Origin: Octopus sinensis
Lineage: Eukaryota
Assembly: GCF_006345805.1 (NCBI RefSeq)
Contig: NC_043013.1
Span: 28,086,001 to 28,150,000, forward strand
Reading direction: 5' to 3'
DNA: 64,000 nt
Positions 1-11,310 of this stretch are shown piece by piece (position 1 is the first letter of the stretch; each line of letters begins with the position of its first letter). The position numbers were made by a program, and so were the translations under genes. The notes beneath the pieces were generated by a model that saw only the letters and a program-made list of their open reading frames with translations, was not told where the DNA came from and did not search any database.

Positions 1-165
1 TTTCCTATGTCTCTTTTTATCATTCTCACCGCACCCATTACAAGGGATATTGTTTCTGTTTTCAATGCCAACCCCGTCCATCCCACATTCTGGTTATCTC
101 CATAATATTTAGGTGGGTTCTCTAGTTTGTTTCAGAAATATCTTGTCATGTGCTAGTGTTTTGCC
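1..165 (-). mobile_element. Degenerate C-terminal (RLE domain) fragment of a Dong/R4-like non-LTR retrotransposon, cut by the window edge
   Basis: Minus strand translates, with frameshifts, to AHDKIFLKQTRE..MEITRMW..LKTETISLVMGAVRMIKRDIG. This matches the R4-clade pattern KY.DL.IEI.RMW.LKT..IP+V+GALG seen more clearly at 25201 and 46620. Confidence 0.45.
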
Positions 166-409
166 TTTGGTCAATGCTATCAACATAATTCCATTGGCGT
201 ATAAATCCATTAGCGTTGGACAAATTTGAAGTCTCCTTGATATTTGGCAATCCTACAGATGAAAGGCTCTTATGAAGAATGTTGTTTATGAGATTCTAGC
301 AAATGGCAAACGGTAAATGATCTTCTGGCAAGAAAAAGTCATGTATGCTATATTCTTTTTAATAATTCATATTTTGCAACAAACTGTTATCAGAGTCATA
401 ATAACTACA

Positions 410-442
410 GTGTGTGTGTGTGTCTGTGTCTGTGTCTGTGTG

Positions 443-506
<64 letters not shown>
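410..506. repeat. Compound (GT)n(AT)n(AC)n microsatellite
   Basis: Directly visible; source of ORF 317..583. Confidence 0.95.
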
Positions 507-509
<3 letters not shown>

Positions 510-694
510 TGACTCTAGTGCTAGCAGTAGTAGCATTACTGTTACTAAAGAGAAAAAAGGTTGGTAGGAACCACAGAACATAACACTAGATGCCTTGCCT
601 TGCTGTATTTAGTTTCATCCTTCTGTGTTCTGATTTGTTTTGAAAAAAATTCAAATTACTTTCTTTCTTATTTACTATCACATACTTTTCCACT

Positions 695-697
695 TTG

Positions 698-730
<33 letters not shown>

Positions 731-753
731 GTCTGCCTCTCTCTCTCTCTCTG

Positions 754-784
<31 letters not shown>

Positions 785-800
785 GTATCTATCTATCTAT
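695..800. repeat. (CT)n/(CTAT)n microsatellite
   Basis: Directly visible. Confidence 0.95.
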
Positions 801-1391
801 CAAACAAATATTTCGCATTGTTTGATACTGTTTCCACTCACCCACCCTGCTACATTTACATTTTTAAATATTCTTAAATTCAATTCCCCACCCCCACACA
901 GTCAGAGGAAAATTTATATTTTCATATTTCATTTCATTAATAAATAATAATAATAATAATAATGATAATAATAAAAGATAAATATAAGTTCTAGCCATTC
1001 AACTATTAGAAGTTTCTTCCAATGTATATTTATATATTTAATACACATACACACACACAAATCTATATATTTCACACTCTCTCTTTCTCTCGCATATAGA
1101 CTCATATCATCCTCATCATTGTTTGCCTGTCGTCTTTTCTATACTGGCATGGGTAGGATAAAACTTTTACAGCTGAATGCCCTCCTAATTGTTAATGTTT
1201 TTAGTGACCTCTTACAACACACACACACACAACATATATACACATGCATATATACAAGTGCATGCATATATGGCACATAAAAAGCACCTTTCAAGCATTG
1301 GGCCTCATGGAAGCAATATGCTTTTAGCAATATGCTGTGCTTGGGTAGAAGACACACCAAACCAAATGAAATTGGAGTCATGGCAGATACT

Positions 1392-1600
1392 GGTGTCACA
1401 CAACTGACACCTATACAGGTGGCACACAAAAGCACCCATTACACTCTTGTAGTGGTTGGCATTAGGAAGGGCAACCAGCCATAGAAACCATGCCAAATCA
1501 GACATTTGTCTAGTGCAACCCCTCAGTTTACCAGTCCTGGTCAAACTGTCCAGTTTATGCCAGTATGGACAATGGATGATGATTATGATGATGATGATGA
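1392..1600 (+). mobile_element. Family C retroposon 3' portion with (GAT)n tail
   Basis: Contains ttggcattaggaagggca.ccagcc.tagaaa and ends in gatgatgat; homologous to 27040-27410 and 40581-40842. Confidence 0.8.
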
Positions 1601-1924
1601 TATATATAGATATATGCACACATGTACACATACACATATATACATATCTATCTGCATTATCTATCACTGAGGAGTCAAAACTATGCTGAAACTCTGTGTC
1701 TGGTAGTTTGCTAACATCATTTGGAACTTGGTGTGTCCTTACACAGAATCTATATGAAAAAATTTGTTGTCTGAGACAAAATCTTACAGTGAATGCCAGT
1801 CACTCTCTTGTATACAGGAATGTACTAAAAATAAACACATACATCATTATTTTGATCCTTCTTGGTTTGCGCACATGTACTGAATATATATACATATACA
1901 TACATATATGTGTGTGTGTCTGTG

Positions 1925-1963
<39 letters not shown>

Positions 1964-2999
1964 TAGATAGATAGATATATACACACACACATGTATAAAC
2001 ACACATATATAATCTGTCAGTAAAGTATCCCTTTAATATTAATAGAAATTCTGTTAAAAAATACTTTCTCTATTGATTGTCAAATAAAAGAGAAAAAAAT
2101 CTGGTCCTTACAACATTTAACAATATAATGGTGCCAGAACTATATATGGTATGGAGAAATAACAATTCATAGAGTATTATAACAATTTATCAAATAGCAA
2201 GATTTTTGTTTTTGGAAAAGTTTTTTTAATATATATTTTAAGTCTTTGGTTCTTTTATATTTTTTTCCAGTTTTTCATGTCAATTTTATTATTTTATTGT
2301 TTACTATTAATGACAAATAGTTTTAATATTGTAAAGTAGTTTATATGAAGAATAACAGCTACTAACTCAATTACTTTTATATTATATTATACATATTTTG
2401 TGAGTATGTGTGGAGGTTTACTACTATATATGTGTGTGCATGTGTGTGTGTGTGTTATACACACAAAATATACATATAGATATACATATATGCACACACA
2501 TCATAGGACCAACTGATGGACATACATATCTCATGAACACTCAAATGTATTAATTCAAAGCTGAAGTTTCACTGCATTGCTAATCCAATTTGGCCAGTTT
2601 ACTACATCACACACACACACACACACATATATATATACACACACACATAAACACCACATAAGGTGTACAATATTAGATGTTGCTTAAAAGCATGAATTTT
2701 GACATTTATGGAACAAATTAATTTAAAAAGCAAACTATTATTTATTTCACTCCATTATTAAAATATACCTTGTTATATTTATTTTTATTTTATCACATCA
2801 GAGTGTCAGCTTCGATGTTTTGAGTGAAGCTAATGACTAGGAGACGGTATATTACGTAACAGAATACAGTTTAGTGTTTCAGATTTCTATGTTCGAATTC
2901 CTCACATGTGAACTTCTTTGTTTTTTTTGGGCTTTTTTATTCCATCAGATTTTGGTTAAGGAACTGACTGTGATACTCTGAGACCATGTTACTCAACTA

Positions 3000-3295
3000 T
3001 GTTGTTCTTTCATTGCAAAGGTGGGAGAGAGGAGGGGAGTGTCTTGTGTCTAAGTGAAATGTCTACTTCATGGACAGATTGTCAAAAGAAATATGCGAGC
3101 ATGAATTGTTGAGTCAACAGGGTAACAGACAACCAATCGGCTGGCAGATTGATGCTGGTAGCTTACATCCTGTTACCAGCACTGTGTTGTGTCTGTTGGC
3201 CAATGATCTTAATTTCTCAAATGGTCTGTTACATTTAGCTATAAATAAGTACAGGAGAGTGGAAACAACTCGCTGCATTACAGCAAGGCAAAGAC

Positions 3296-3350
<55 letters not shown>
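3000..3350 (+). repeat. Unclassified sequence ending in a long (TAA)n run, possibly a LINE 3' UTR
   Basis: Non-repetitive-looking stretch terminating abruptly in about 16 TAA units; no second full copy seen in the window. Confidence 0.3.
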
Positions 3351-3414
3351 TTTTAAAATTATTTATATATTTACAGTGGTGAGATCAACACCTGTTGATA
3401 TAATTTGGTAGTAG

Positions 3415-3742
3415 AAGAGCTTTGTGAGTGGATTAAGTAGACAGAAACTGTAAGAAGCTCAGTGTGTGCGTGTGTGTGTGTGTGTGTGCGCGCGCGCGTG
3501 CATGTGTGTGTTTATCTTGACATTGTGTGATAGTTGTAAATGAGTATCCTTCTCATACAAGTACTGTCGTCCATTTTCAGTATTCCACTAAAACATGTCT
3601 GGCCACGGGTAAAATTTAATTTTGCTTGGAAACAGGGGAGGGTTGGTGGCAGGAAGGGCATCCAGCTGTAGAAAATCTGCCTCAATAAATCTATCCAACT
3701 CATGCAAATACAGAAAAATTGAACGTTAAAACAATGATGTTG
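3415..3742 (+). mobile_element. SINE with family A head remnant, (TG)n linker and family C-type tail
   Basis: gctttgtgagtggatt..agacagaaactg..agaagc (A), then (TG)n, then ggcaggaagggcatccagctgtagaaaatctgcc and aacaatgatg (C tail). Confidence 0.75.
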
Positions 3743-4507
3743 CACAGTTCTATTAAGTTGATATGTCCGAGAGATATACAACATGAAGACTAAATATTCC
3801 ATTAGTGCCTTAATGATACCATGAGCTATTGCTCCTTATTTTCTGTCCCCAGAAATAGAAGTTGAAGAGATAAGATACAGGTAATTATACAGGTTCAGGC
3901 TATTGTTAAATTACCTTAGTTACTTCTGTGTGAGCAGGCCTAATAACTAGAGCTAATTGATGAAATAAAATCTTTAATTAAGATTACCAGTTATTATTGT
4001 CCTGTATTTTATCATCGAGCATACAATCTTAAAATGATGGCAGAATAAATGTAGACATATTTAACAGCTACAGTGTATGTCCATAGAGATTTGGCTACTA
4101 CATACAACATGTAAGTGCACAGAAGCCCCCACCCTGGCCTTCGTACAAATACGTGAGAACTCTATCATTGACATAAAGTCAGTGATGGATAATTATTTAA
4201 CAACCCTTGCATCACCTCAATGTCTTCATGAAATCTATCCTGAGAAAGTGAAACCAGTCCCCAGTGTTGTATAGTAACCAAACACTTGTCAATTACTCAA
4301 CACCACTCCTTATAACAGAGAGGTCTGCTTACTCTTGTTACCTATTTACTGTTAGATTAACTAAAACAGCAACCAGTAAGTGTTTTGGCCATAGATACAG
4401 CACAATGGTGGTGACAAGCTATGAACTATATATACTTCAGGCAGGAGTTTTACATCCTGTCAATTCACCAAGCAGAAACTCTCTATGGGACAAGGAAACA
4501 ATAAATA

Positions 4508-4730
4508 TTCTTTTCTACTCTAGGCACAAGGCCCGAAATTTTGGGGGGAGGGGGGCCAGTGGATTAGATCGACCCCAGTACACAACTGGAACTTAATTTA
4601 TCAACCCTGAAAGGATGAAAGGCAAAGTCGACCATAGAGGAATTTGAACTTGGAATGAATGTAAAGACAGGCAAAATACTGCTAAGCATTTTGCCGGGCA
4701 TGCTAACGTCTCTGCCAGTTTGCCGCCTTA
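4508..4730 (-). mobile_element. Family B tRNA-derived SINE, near full length
   Basis: Minus strand: aaggcggcaaactggcagagacgttagc head, B-box-like ttccaagttcaaattcc, core gtcgactttgcctttcatcctttcagggttgataaattaag, tail gccttgtgcctagagtagaaaag. Confidence 0.85.
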
Positions 4731-5104
4731 AAGAAATAATAAATATTAAAAATTAAAGAAATAAATTGCATAAAAGTGATCAAATATATTACATTAAAAA
4801 GATAGATTATAACTGATCGTTAACAAGTAACAATAGATTTATTTCCCCATCACCAAAAAATTACCCATTAATTGCTGACTGATAATTAGTCAATAATATG
4901 TTTATCTTTACACTTCATTTATTTTGTTGATGCCCTTGAGAAAGGTCTAAATACCACAAAGTTTCATTTTTTTCTCTTCCTAAAATACGAGTGCCTTTCT
5001 GATTAGACAAACTGAAACTGACATTTAGTTTATCTTTAAGGTGGTGAGTGGACAGAATCGTTATCTCACCTGGTGAAATACTTAACAGCATTTCATCCAT
5101 TTCC

Positions 5105-5263
5105 ATGTTCTGGGTTCAAATTCTGTTGAGGTCAACTTTTCCTTTCATCCTTTCAGGTTGGGGGGGAGGGTCAATGAAATAAGTACCTGATGAGTACTAG
5201 GATCAATGTAATCAACTTACTCACTGATCTGAAAATGCTGGCCTTGTGCCAAAATCTGAAACC
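5105..5263 (+). mobile_element. Family B SINE, 5' truncated
   Basis: gggttcaaattctgttgaggtcaacttttcctttcatcctttc core. Confidence 0.75.
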
Positions 5264-5654
5264 AATATCTACTTCACCTCTTCAACTACAAAATTGGCAA
5301 AACAAGTTCCTGGTGAAATGAAACAGCAACTCTATTTCAACTCTCGGATGCAACAATTTCACTTCATTTCAAACGGACCAGTAACAATGCACTACAGAAA
5401 AGAAGTTATGAAGAGCATGCCACAACAGACAAAATCATAGAAACCATGCCACAACAGACAATTATAGACTGGTCAGTACCCTGGCTGGCTAGCTCCATGT
5501 CAAACCATCCAAACCATGCCACCATGGAAAACAGACATATGATGATGATGACGATGAACATCACAATCTCATATTATTCCATACTTCAAAATCTGGGGTT
5601 TTATGGTTATCCCTTGTAAATTTTTTAATAGAGTCAGGAGTGTATATATGTTTA

Positions 5655-5897
5655 TGTGTGAGTGGGACTGTGTTTGTGTCTCCTTGGCTTGACATTGTAT
5701 GTTGGTTGTAAATGAGTGTCACCATCACACAAGTGGTGTCATTCACTTCCAATATTTAGTATGAACATTTCTTGCCAAGGGAAAATATTACCTTGCCAGA
5801 AATAGGCAAGGGTTGGCAACAGGAAGGGCATCCAGCCATAGAAAATCTTCCTGGGCCATGCCAGCAGGGAAAAGCAGACATTAAATGATGATGATGA
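5655..5897 (+). mobile_element. Family C-type tail (same subfamily as 3510-3742)
   Basis: ggcaacaggaagggcatccagccatagaaaatc, ending gatgatgatgag. Confidence 0.75.
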
Positions 5898-6947
5898 GTC
5901 AACAATTTGGTTTGCTACATGTCCATGGTTTACTACATGTTCATCGATAGATGACGAGATGACTAGCAAAGTTCATTGTGGTAAAAGGAATTGGTAATGT
6001 AATATTTAAATAAAAGATTTGTATGTGGGAATCAAAGTAAGTTGCGGCTTTAACAAGGTTTGCAAAGAGATTATCTGCTACCATGCAGTACTCACCACAT
6101 GTTGCCACATGGTGAATAGAAGTCAATGTAGATATGGGAATATCAAGTAACAATGATTTACAATGAATTTTATTTCCTTTTCATAAAATTGATTAAAATG
6201 ACCTTTTAGCTTTATTAGAGTAATGATTATGAAGCAAAATGGTTGCCAGATTGTAAATAAGGGCTGTAACTGTACTTGTCCTTATTTTTTGTATTGGTTA
6301 AATGGAAGAGACTCCATGTTGAGTGGCTTGGTGTAGGAAGGATGTCAAACTTGAAAACATTACAAATGTTACATAGAAAAGTAGATACAAAAAGCAGTAA
6401 AAAAAAAGAATGAAAGTAGTTTTCCTTTTACAAAAGTAACTAAAAATATCTATAGCCTTTATACATACATTCATACATATATGAATATGCATACACATAC
6501 ATATATACATACATACACAAAAACACACAAAGAAAAGTATTTTTATAATAATGAAAGGAAAGCAAAAAAAATTCACAGAAAGAAAGAAAAAGATTGCATT
6601 CAAACAGGTCATCCATGTAAACTGTGGTTTGTGGAAGAAGACTAGCATAAAAGAATAAGTTCACAATTATTAAAGAAAGCTGAATGAATGAAAGACTACT
6701 GTCTTCTTCTCCCAGTCAAAACAAGACAGAAAGCACTCACCATGCTGGCTGACCTACATAAATAATAGGCTAATGGCTCAGTGGTAGAGAGTGTCAGGCT
6801 AAACTAGATAATAGCTTGAGCTGAAGTGACCTGCTTCAGTGAGGGACACAATGCACAGACTTAGCTTTTTTTCAGTTGAGGTTGACTAAATCTTTTTTTT
6901 TTTTTTTTTTTTTGAGGTTAGCAAATCTCAAAAAAGTAACTGTAAAT

Positions 6948-7220
6948 AGGTGCCGGTGTGGCTGTGTGGTAAGAAATTTGCATCACAACCAACATGGTTT
7001 CAGGTTTAGCTCAACTGCATGGCACCTTGGGCAATTGTTTTCTACTACAACCTACGGCCAACCAAAGCCTTGTGAGTGGATTTGGTAGGTGGAAACTGAA
7101 AGAAGCCCATCGTGTGCATGTGTGTGTGTGTGAGTGCACATACGTGTGTGTGAGTGCACATACGTGTGTGTGTGTGGTTTAGCAAAAGAGACCAATAGGA
7201 TAAGCACTAAACTTAAAAAG
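6948..7220 (+). mobile_element. Family A tRNA-derived SINE (CORE-like)
   Basis: A box tggctgtgtggtaag, degenerate B box, gcaccttgggcaa CORE-like motif, (TG)n linker; homologous to 62609-63002. Confidence 0.85.
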
Positions 7221-7699
7221 ATGTCCTATCTACTGAAGATGAGGTAGGACAATTGCTGTGTTGATAATACTTACTGAAGTAGAAAAAATATCCACAGCTG
7301 GACATGTTTCTGCTTCTGTAAGCATCATCAGAACAGCGATTGCCCTATCTTATCCTCAGCAGATGAGCTACTTAGGCACATACAAAAAAAAAAGAGTAGA
7401 ATATATTTCCCTATCACCATTACCATCATTTTACATTTACAAAGAGAGGGAAGGAGGAGAGAGATAAGAACTGAAGAAGGAAGGTAGAAAGAGCCAATAC
7501 CCCAAACAAGACAGAATATGAAAAGGTAAGTAGTTCAAATAAGACAGAGTAGAGATAGTAAATATGCATAACATGAAAGAACAGGTCCAAAATAGTCATC
7601 AAGGACAGGTAAAAAAGAAAATCTGCAGTACTGTGGAAATCAATTAATTGCTGAGAAAAATATGAGAGTTTAGTCCACAGGTGATCTAAATGACTAGGT

Positions 7700-8010
7700 A
7701 TGCTGGGTAAGTGCTATAAGAGAATACCAGGGCTCCACAAATATTTACACTATGTAGGCTTTTAATCATTCCTAGATTTACATAGGACTGTACCAGAAGA
7801 CTTATGGACTAGCATCTACACTATTGGAAACTTGAACTGTAAACTTTTATGCTTCTTTTTTCTTCATTTCTTTATTTCTTTTTTCTCCCTTAACCTATAC
7901 CCTTCACATTTTCCCTATTTGTCTCTGATGACAGAATATCCCAGAAACAGTTGTAAGACTAAATTTTTCTAATAATAGTAACATATATGACTTGAGATTA
8001 TGACTCTTGC
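7700..8010 (+). mobile_element. Penelope-like element 3' remnant (possible GIY-YIG C-terminus plus pseudo-LTR)
   Basis: 7792-7842 reads TRRLMD*HLHYWKLEL*, weakly like PLE endonuclease ends (R...E...I....P.LN), followed by a T-rich UTR and a hammerhead core at 7921. Confidence 0.5.
7921..7959 (+). ncRNA. Minimal type I hammerhead ribozyme motif (degenerate)
   Basis: GTCT-CTGATGA-cagaatatccca-GAAA-CAGTTG-TA-AGAC: helix I GTCT/AGAC, intact catalytic boxes, near-palindromic helix III, GUA cleavage triplet; helix II pairs poorly. Confidence 0.6.
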
Positions 8011-8104
8011 CTTAGCATTTTTTGTCCTCTTTAAGACATAAATATATATATATATAAATTAACAGAATGAGGTAAAAAAAAGTTTACAGAATATTTATAA
8101 AGAG

Positions 8105-8152
8105 GTCTTACAGCTGTTTCCGAGATATTTTATATATACCTTTGTCAGAGAT
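8105..8152 (-). ncRNA. Second minimal hammerhead motif, inverted, one catalytic-core substitution
   Basis: Minus strand ATCT-CTGACAA-aggtatatataaaatatctcg-GAAA-CAGCTG-TA-AGAC; CTGACAA is consistent with CpG decay of CTGACGA. Confidence 0.55.
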
Positions 8153-8257
8153 GGTGTGAGAAAATGTTTAAGTAAGAGTTGTTATATACCAATGATCGGG
8201 CCTTGTTTCTTTTCTATCGGAGATCTTCTTTTCTGTCTTGTAACTTACTTGACAACT

Positions 8258-8450
8258 CCAGTGGTGTGAAAAAAAGCACCTAGGACATAACTCTAATGCG
8301 GTTGGCATTAGGAAGGACATCAAGCTATAGAGAATATGCCAAAGCTGATAATAAGGTACAGTGCAACTCTGGAGCTTGCAACATCATGTTAAATTGTCCA
8401 ACCCATGCAAGCATAGAAAATGGTGTTAAATGCTGGTGATGATGATTGGA
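8258..8450 (+). mobile_element. Family C retroposon tail, diverged
   Basis: gcggttggcattaggaaggacatc..ccaacccatgcaagcatagaaaatgg..gatgatgat. Confidence 0.7.
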
Positions 8451-9146
8451 CATGGACATGCACAAACATGCAGGCCTGCACAGGGGTATAATTTCTTGTT
8501 CTTTAAGGAATTGTTGTGTCAAATAAAAGCATAACATTATGAGAGTGTAGCATATTTTTGGTAATTTTTCAGTAATGTTAAAATACATGTACACATTTTT
8601 TGTAGAGAATTTTTAACATCATGTGACCTCAAAAAACACCAAGAAAAGATTTGAAAAATATTAAAAAACTTTCACAAAACTATAAGGATAATTTCAACAC
8701 TAAGTTTAGATAATGAGTAAGGAATACTATAAATACGAATATTTAGGACATTTATTTATGTTATCTTAATAGTAGAATTGCAAGTAAAATTTCTAACAAA
8801 ACATCAAAAAAAAACTTACTGGAAATAATTCACAAACATGTTTTCAATGCAAGATTATACACACACACACACGTGCGCACAAACATATACATGGACATGT
8901 AATTGTTTGTTACAACAAGAACTACGTACACATCATAAATAACATTTCTACGATTTCTGTATTGGCTGATTTCTTTAAAATTATAAACCTCAGCAATGTA
9001 AGCCATAAGTAAATATTATCAAAACTAGATTTAGATCGAAAAATCTCTTTGAGTTTCAAGATTATACAATATTTTCTTCATTCACTATTATTTTCTTGGA
9101 AAAAAAAACACAAAAAAGTTAAATCAAGTAATTACAGCATATATAT

Positions 9147-9180
<34 letters not shown>

Positions 9181-9404
9181 CAATGGTAGCAATTCTGTGT
9201 TCTTCCATTTTGGATGGGTAAGTTTTCTTTTTTTTTTTGCCTATTTGTTTTTAAATTTATGGTAAACATCACCAAGAATTCAATATCCATTATTTTATGC
9301 TTGCATGAATTCCTAAGTTATCTAGATGCACAGATACATATATTTCACTTATAAATACATATATGCATATATACAAATATGTATTTTTCCATGTATTCCC
9401 AAAA

Positions 9405-9439
<35 letters not shown>

Positions 9440-9649
9440 TACATATATACATATATATTTATTTGTAATATAAGATGTGAACTCAGAGAATCATGTGGCA
9501 ATCACATAAAGCTCTTCTAATGGACATGGTTATCAGACCACACTGTAATCCAATATAGAGAAATGTAATGCAGAGAAGTGTAATCCAAAGGATGTAGGTG
9601 GTTAAATAAATATATTCATTTTGCATACCTCCTGACTTTTTATGGTTTA

Positions 9650-9686
<37 letters not shown>

Positions 9687-10488
9687 TGCAGGCTGATGAG
9701 CATATGTTACATGTGGCCTACCAGCACAAAAATATCCTTGTATTACAGGGAAGGTGGCATCACTTCTCACCCAAAGGGTTTTGCCCATGCAGCATTAGTT
9801 TTATTGGGAGAAAATAAAGTTGGATACTTTTCGAATGATTATACTTATATCAGGGATGTGCTGCCTGGGTAGGCAAGGTAGGAAGTGCCTACCCTGAATG
9901 AAATAGATCAATAATAACATTTTCCTTTTACGGCAAAATATGCACCCAATTCAATAAAATTGTGAAGGTTGCTCTGATTATTGCATTTGTAGATTAGGTA
10001 GGCATAATTGTAGATTAGGTAGGTATAATTCACCCCTGCCTTTCAATCTCAGTATTAAAACTACACATAGTACTGCTGTAGTACATGTGCTATGTACATT
10101 CCTACAACAACATTTTATTTACACGATATAAATGCAGAAGTAAATCTGCCTACAACTCAGTCACATGCCTGCGTTTTGCTTATTTTTTTATGTGTTTTAC
10201 TACATAAACATCACCAACTGCCTACCTTGAGTAATTACTCATGGCATGTGCCTGATATATATGGATATATATATGTAGATATAAAACTTAAAGAAGACAG
10301 AAAACGGAGAAGTATCGATGAACAACGATTGACTTACATCAATAATTATTTATTCAATACAAATAGATTGCATCCCATCAAACAGCTGTTTCTGCTTCCA
10401 ATGTGGGATGGTATTGCCATTTATATGCTAACAACATTATATTTGGTAATAAAACCTATTTGAAACATGGAGCTTCAACAGATTGAAG

Positions 10489-10660
10489 AATAAATAAAGA
10501 AGAAGAGCATAGAGAAGAAAATGGGAAAACTGGAATATGGTTCTAATCATACCATTTTGCTTGCATATCTCTTTGGAACATTAAGAAAGCAAAATGGTAT
10601 GATTAGAACCATATTCAACTTTTCCCTTTTTTTATCTATACTCTTCTTTTTTTAATTTTT
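10489..10660. repeat. Foldback inverted repeat with a perfect 30-bp inner stem
   Basis: 10533-10562 gaatatggttctaatcataccattttgctt is the exact reverse complement of 10587-10616; 24-nt loop; imperfect outer arms. Confidence 0.9.
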
Positions 10661-10829
10661 GATTCTTCATAGACTCATGTTTATCCTTGTCTTTACCTAT
10701 AATTTATGAGCATAATATGCTTGCATATGTATGTCCATGGTTAAACATTGGTAATATACCAGTAGTGTAACGGATACTACTATCCCTTAGATGGTTATTT
10801 TAACCTCTAAACTTCTAACTCAGCTATGC

Positions 10830-11174
10830 ATATATAAATGTGTGTATGTATATATATATATCCTGATGAAGGATTGAATCTGAAAAGTTGGATATTCCAC
10901 TCCTCACAGCAAGTTCACTGTACCCCTTTTACTTTTATATATATATATACACACACACACACATATATATTTATATGTGTGTGTGGTGTATATATATATA
11001 TATGTATGTATTTATGTATATATAGATATATATACATACACACATACACACACACACATATACATATATATGGACAATGCCATAAGAAACAAGGTGAGGA
11101 ATGAAGCAAGTAAGGAAAGCAAAATAATATGCTGCACAAATACCAATTCAAAGAGAAATTTTACTAGAAAAAAT

Positions 11175-11218
<44 letters not shown>

Positions 11219-11310
11219 TACATACATACATACATACATACATACATACATACATAGGCACAAGCATACACACAAAAATGTGTATATATATATAGTTACA
11301 TGTATATATA
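10830..11310. repeat. Compound (TA)n/(CA)n/(CATA)n microsatellite field
   Basis: Directly visible. Confidence 0.9.

Noticed and set aside
7440-7715. Strong splice donors AAG|GTAAGT (about 7526) and TGG|GTAAGT (about 7708)
   Set aside because: All upstream frames contain stops, and the region is probably part of the Penelope-like remnant.
9851-10038. hAT-like MITE (cagggatgtg..aattcacccctg) with an internal 21-bp tandem repeat
   Set aside because: TIR match is only about 7/12 and there is no convincing 8-bp TSD.
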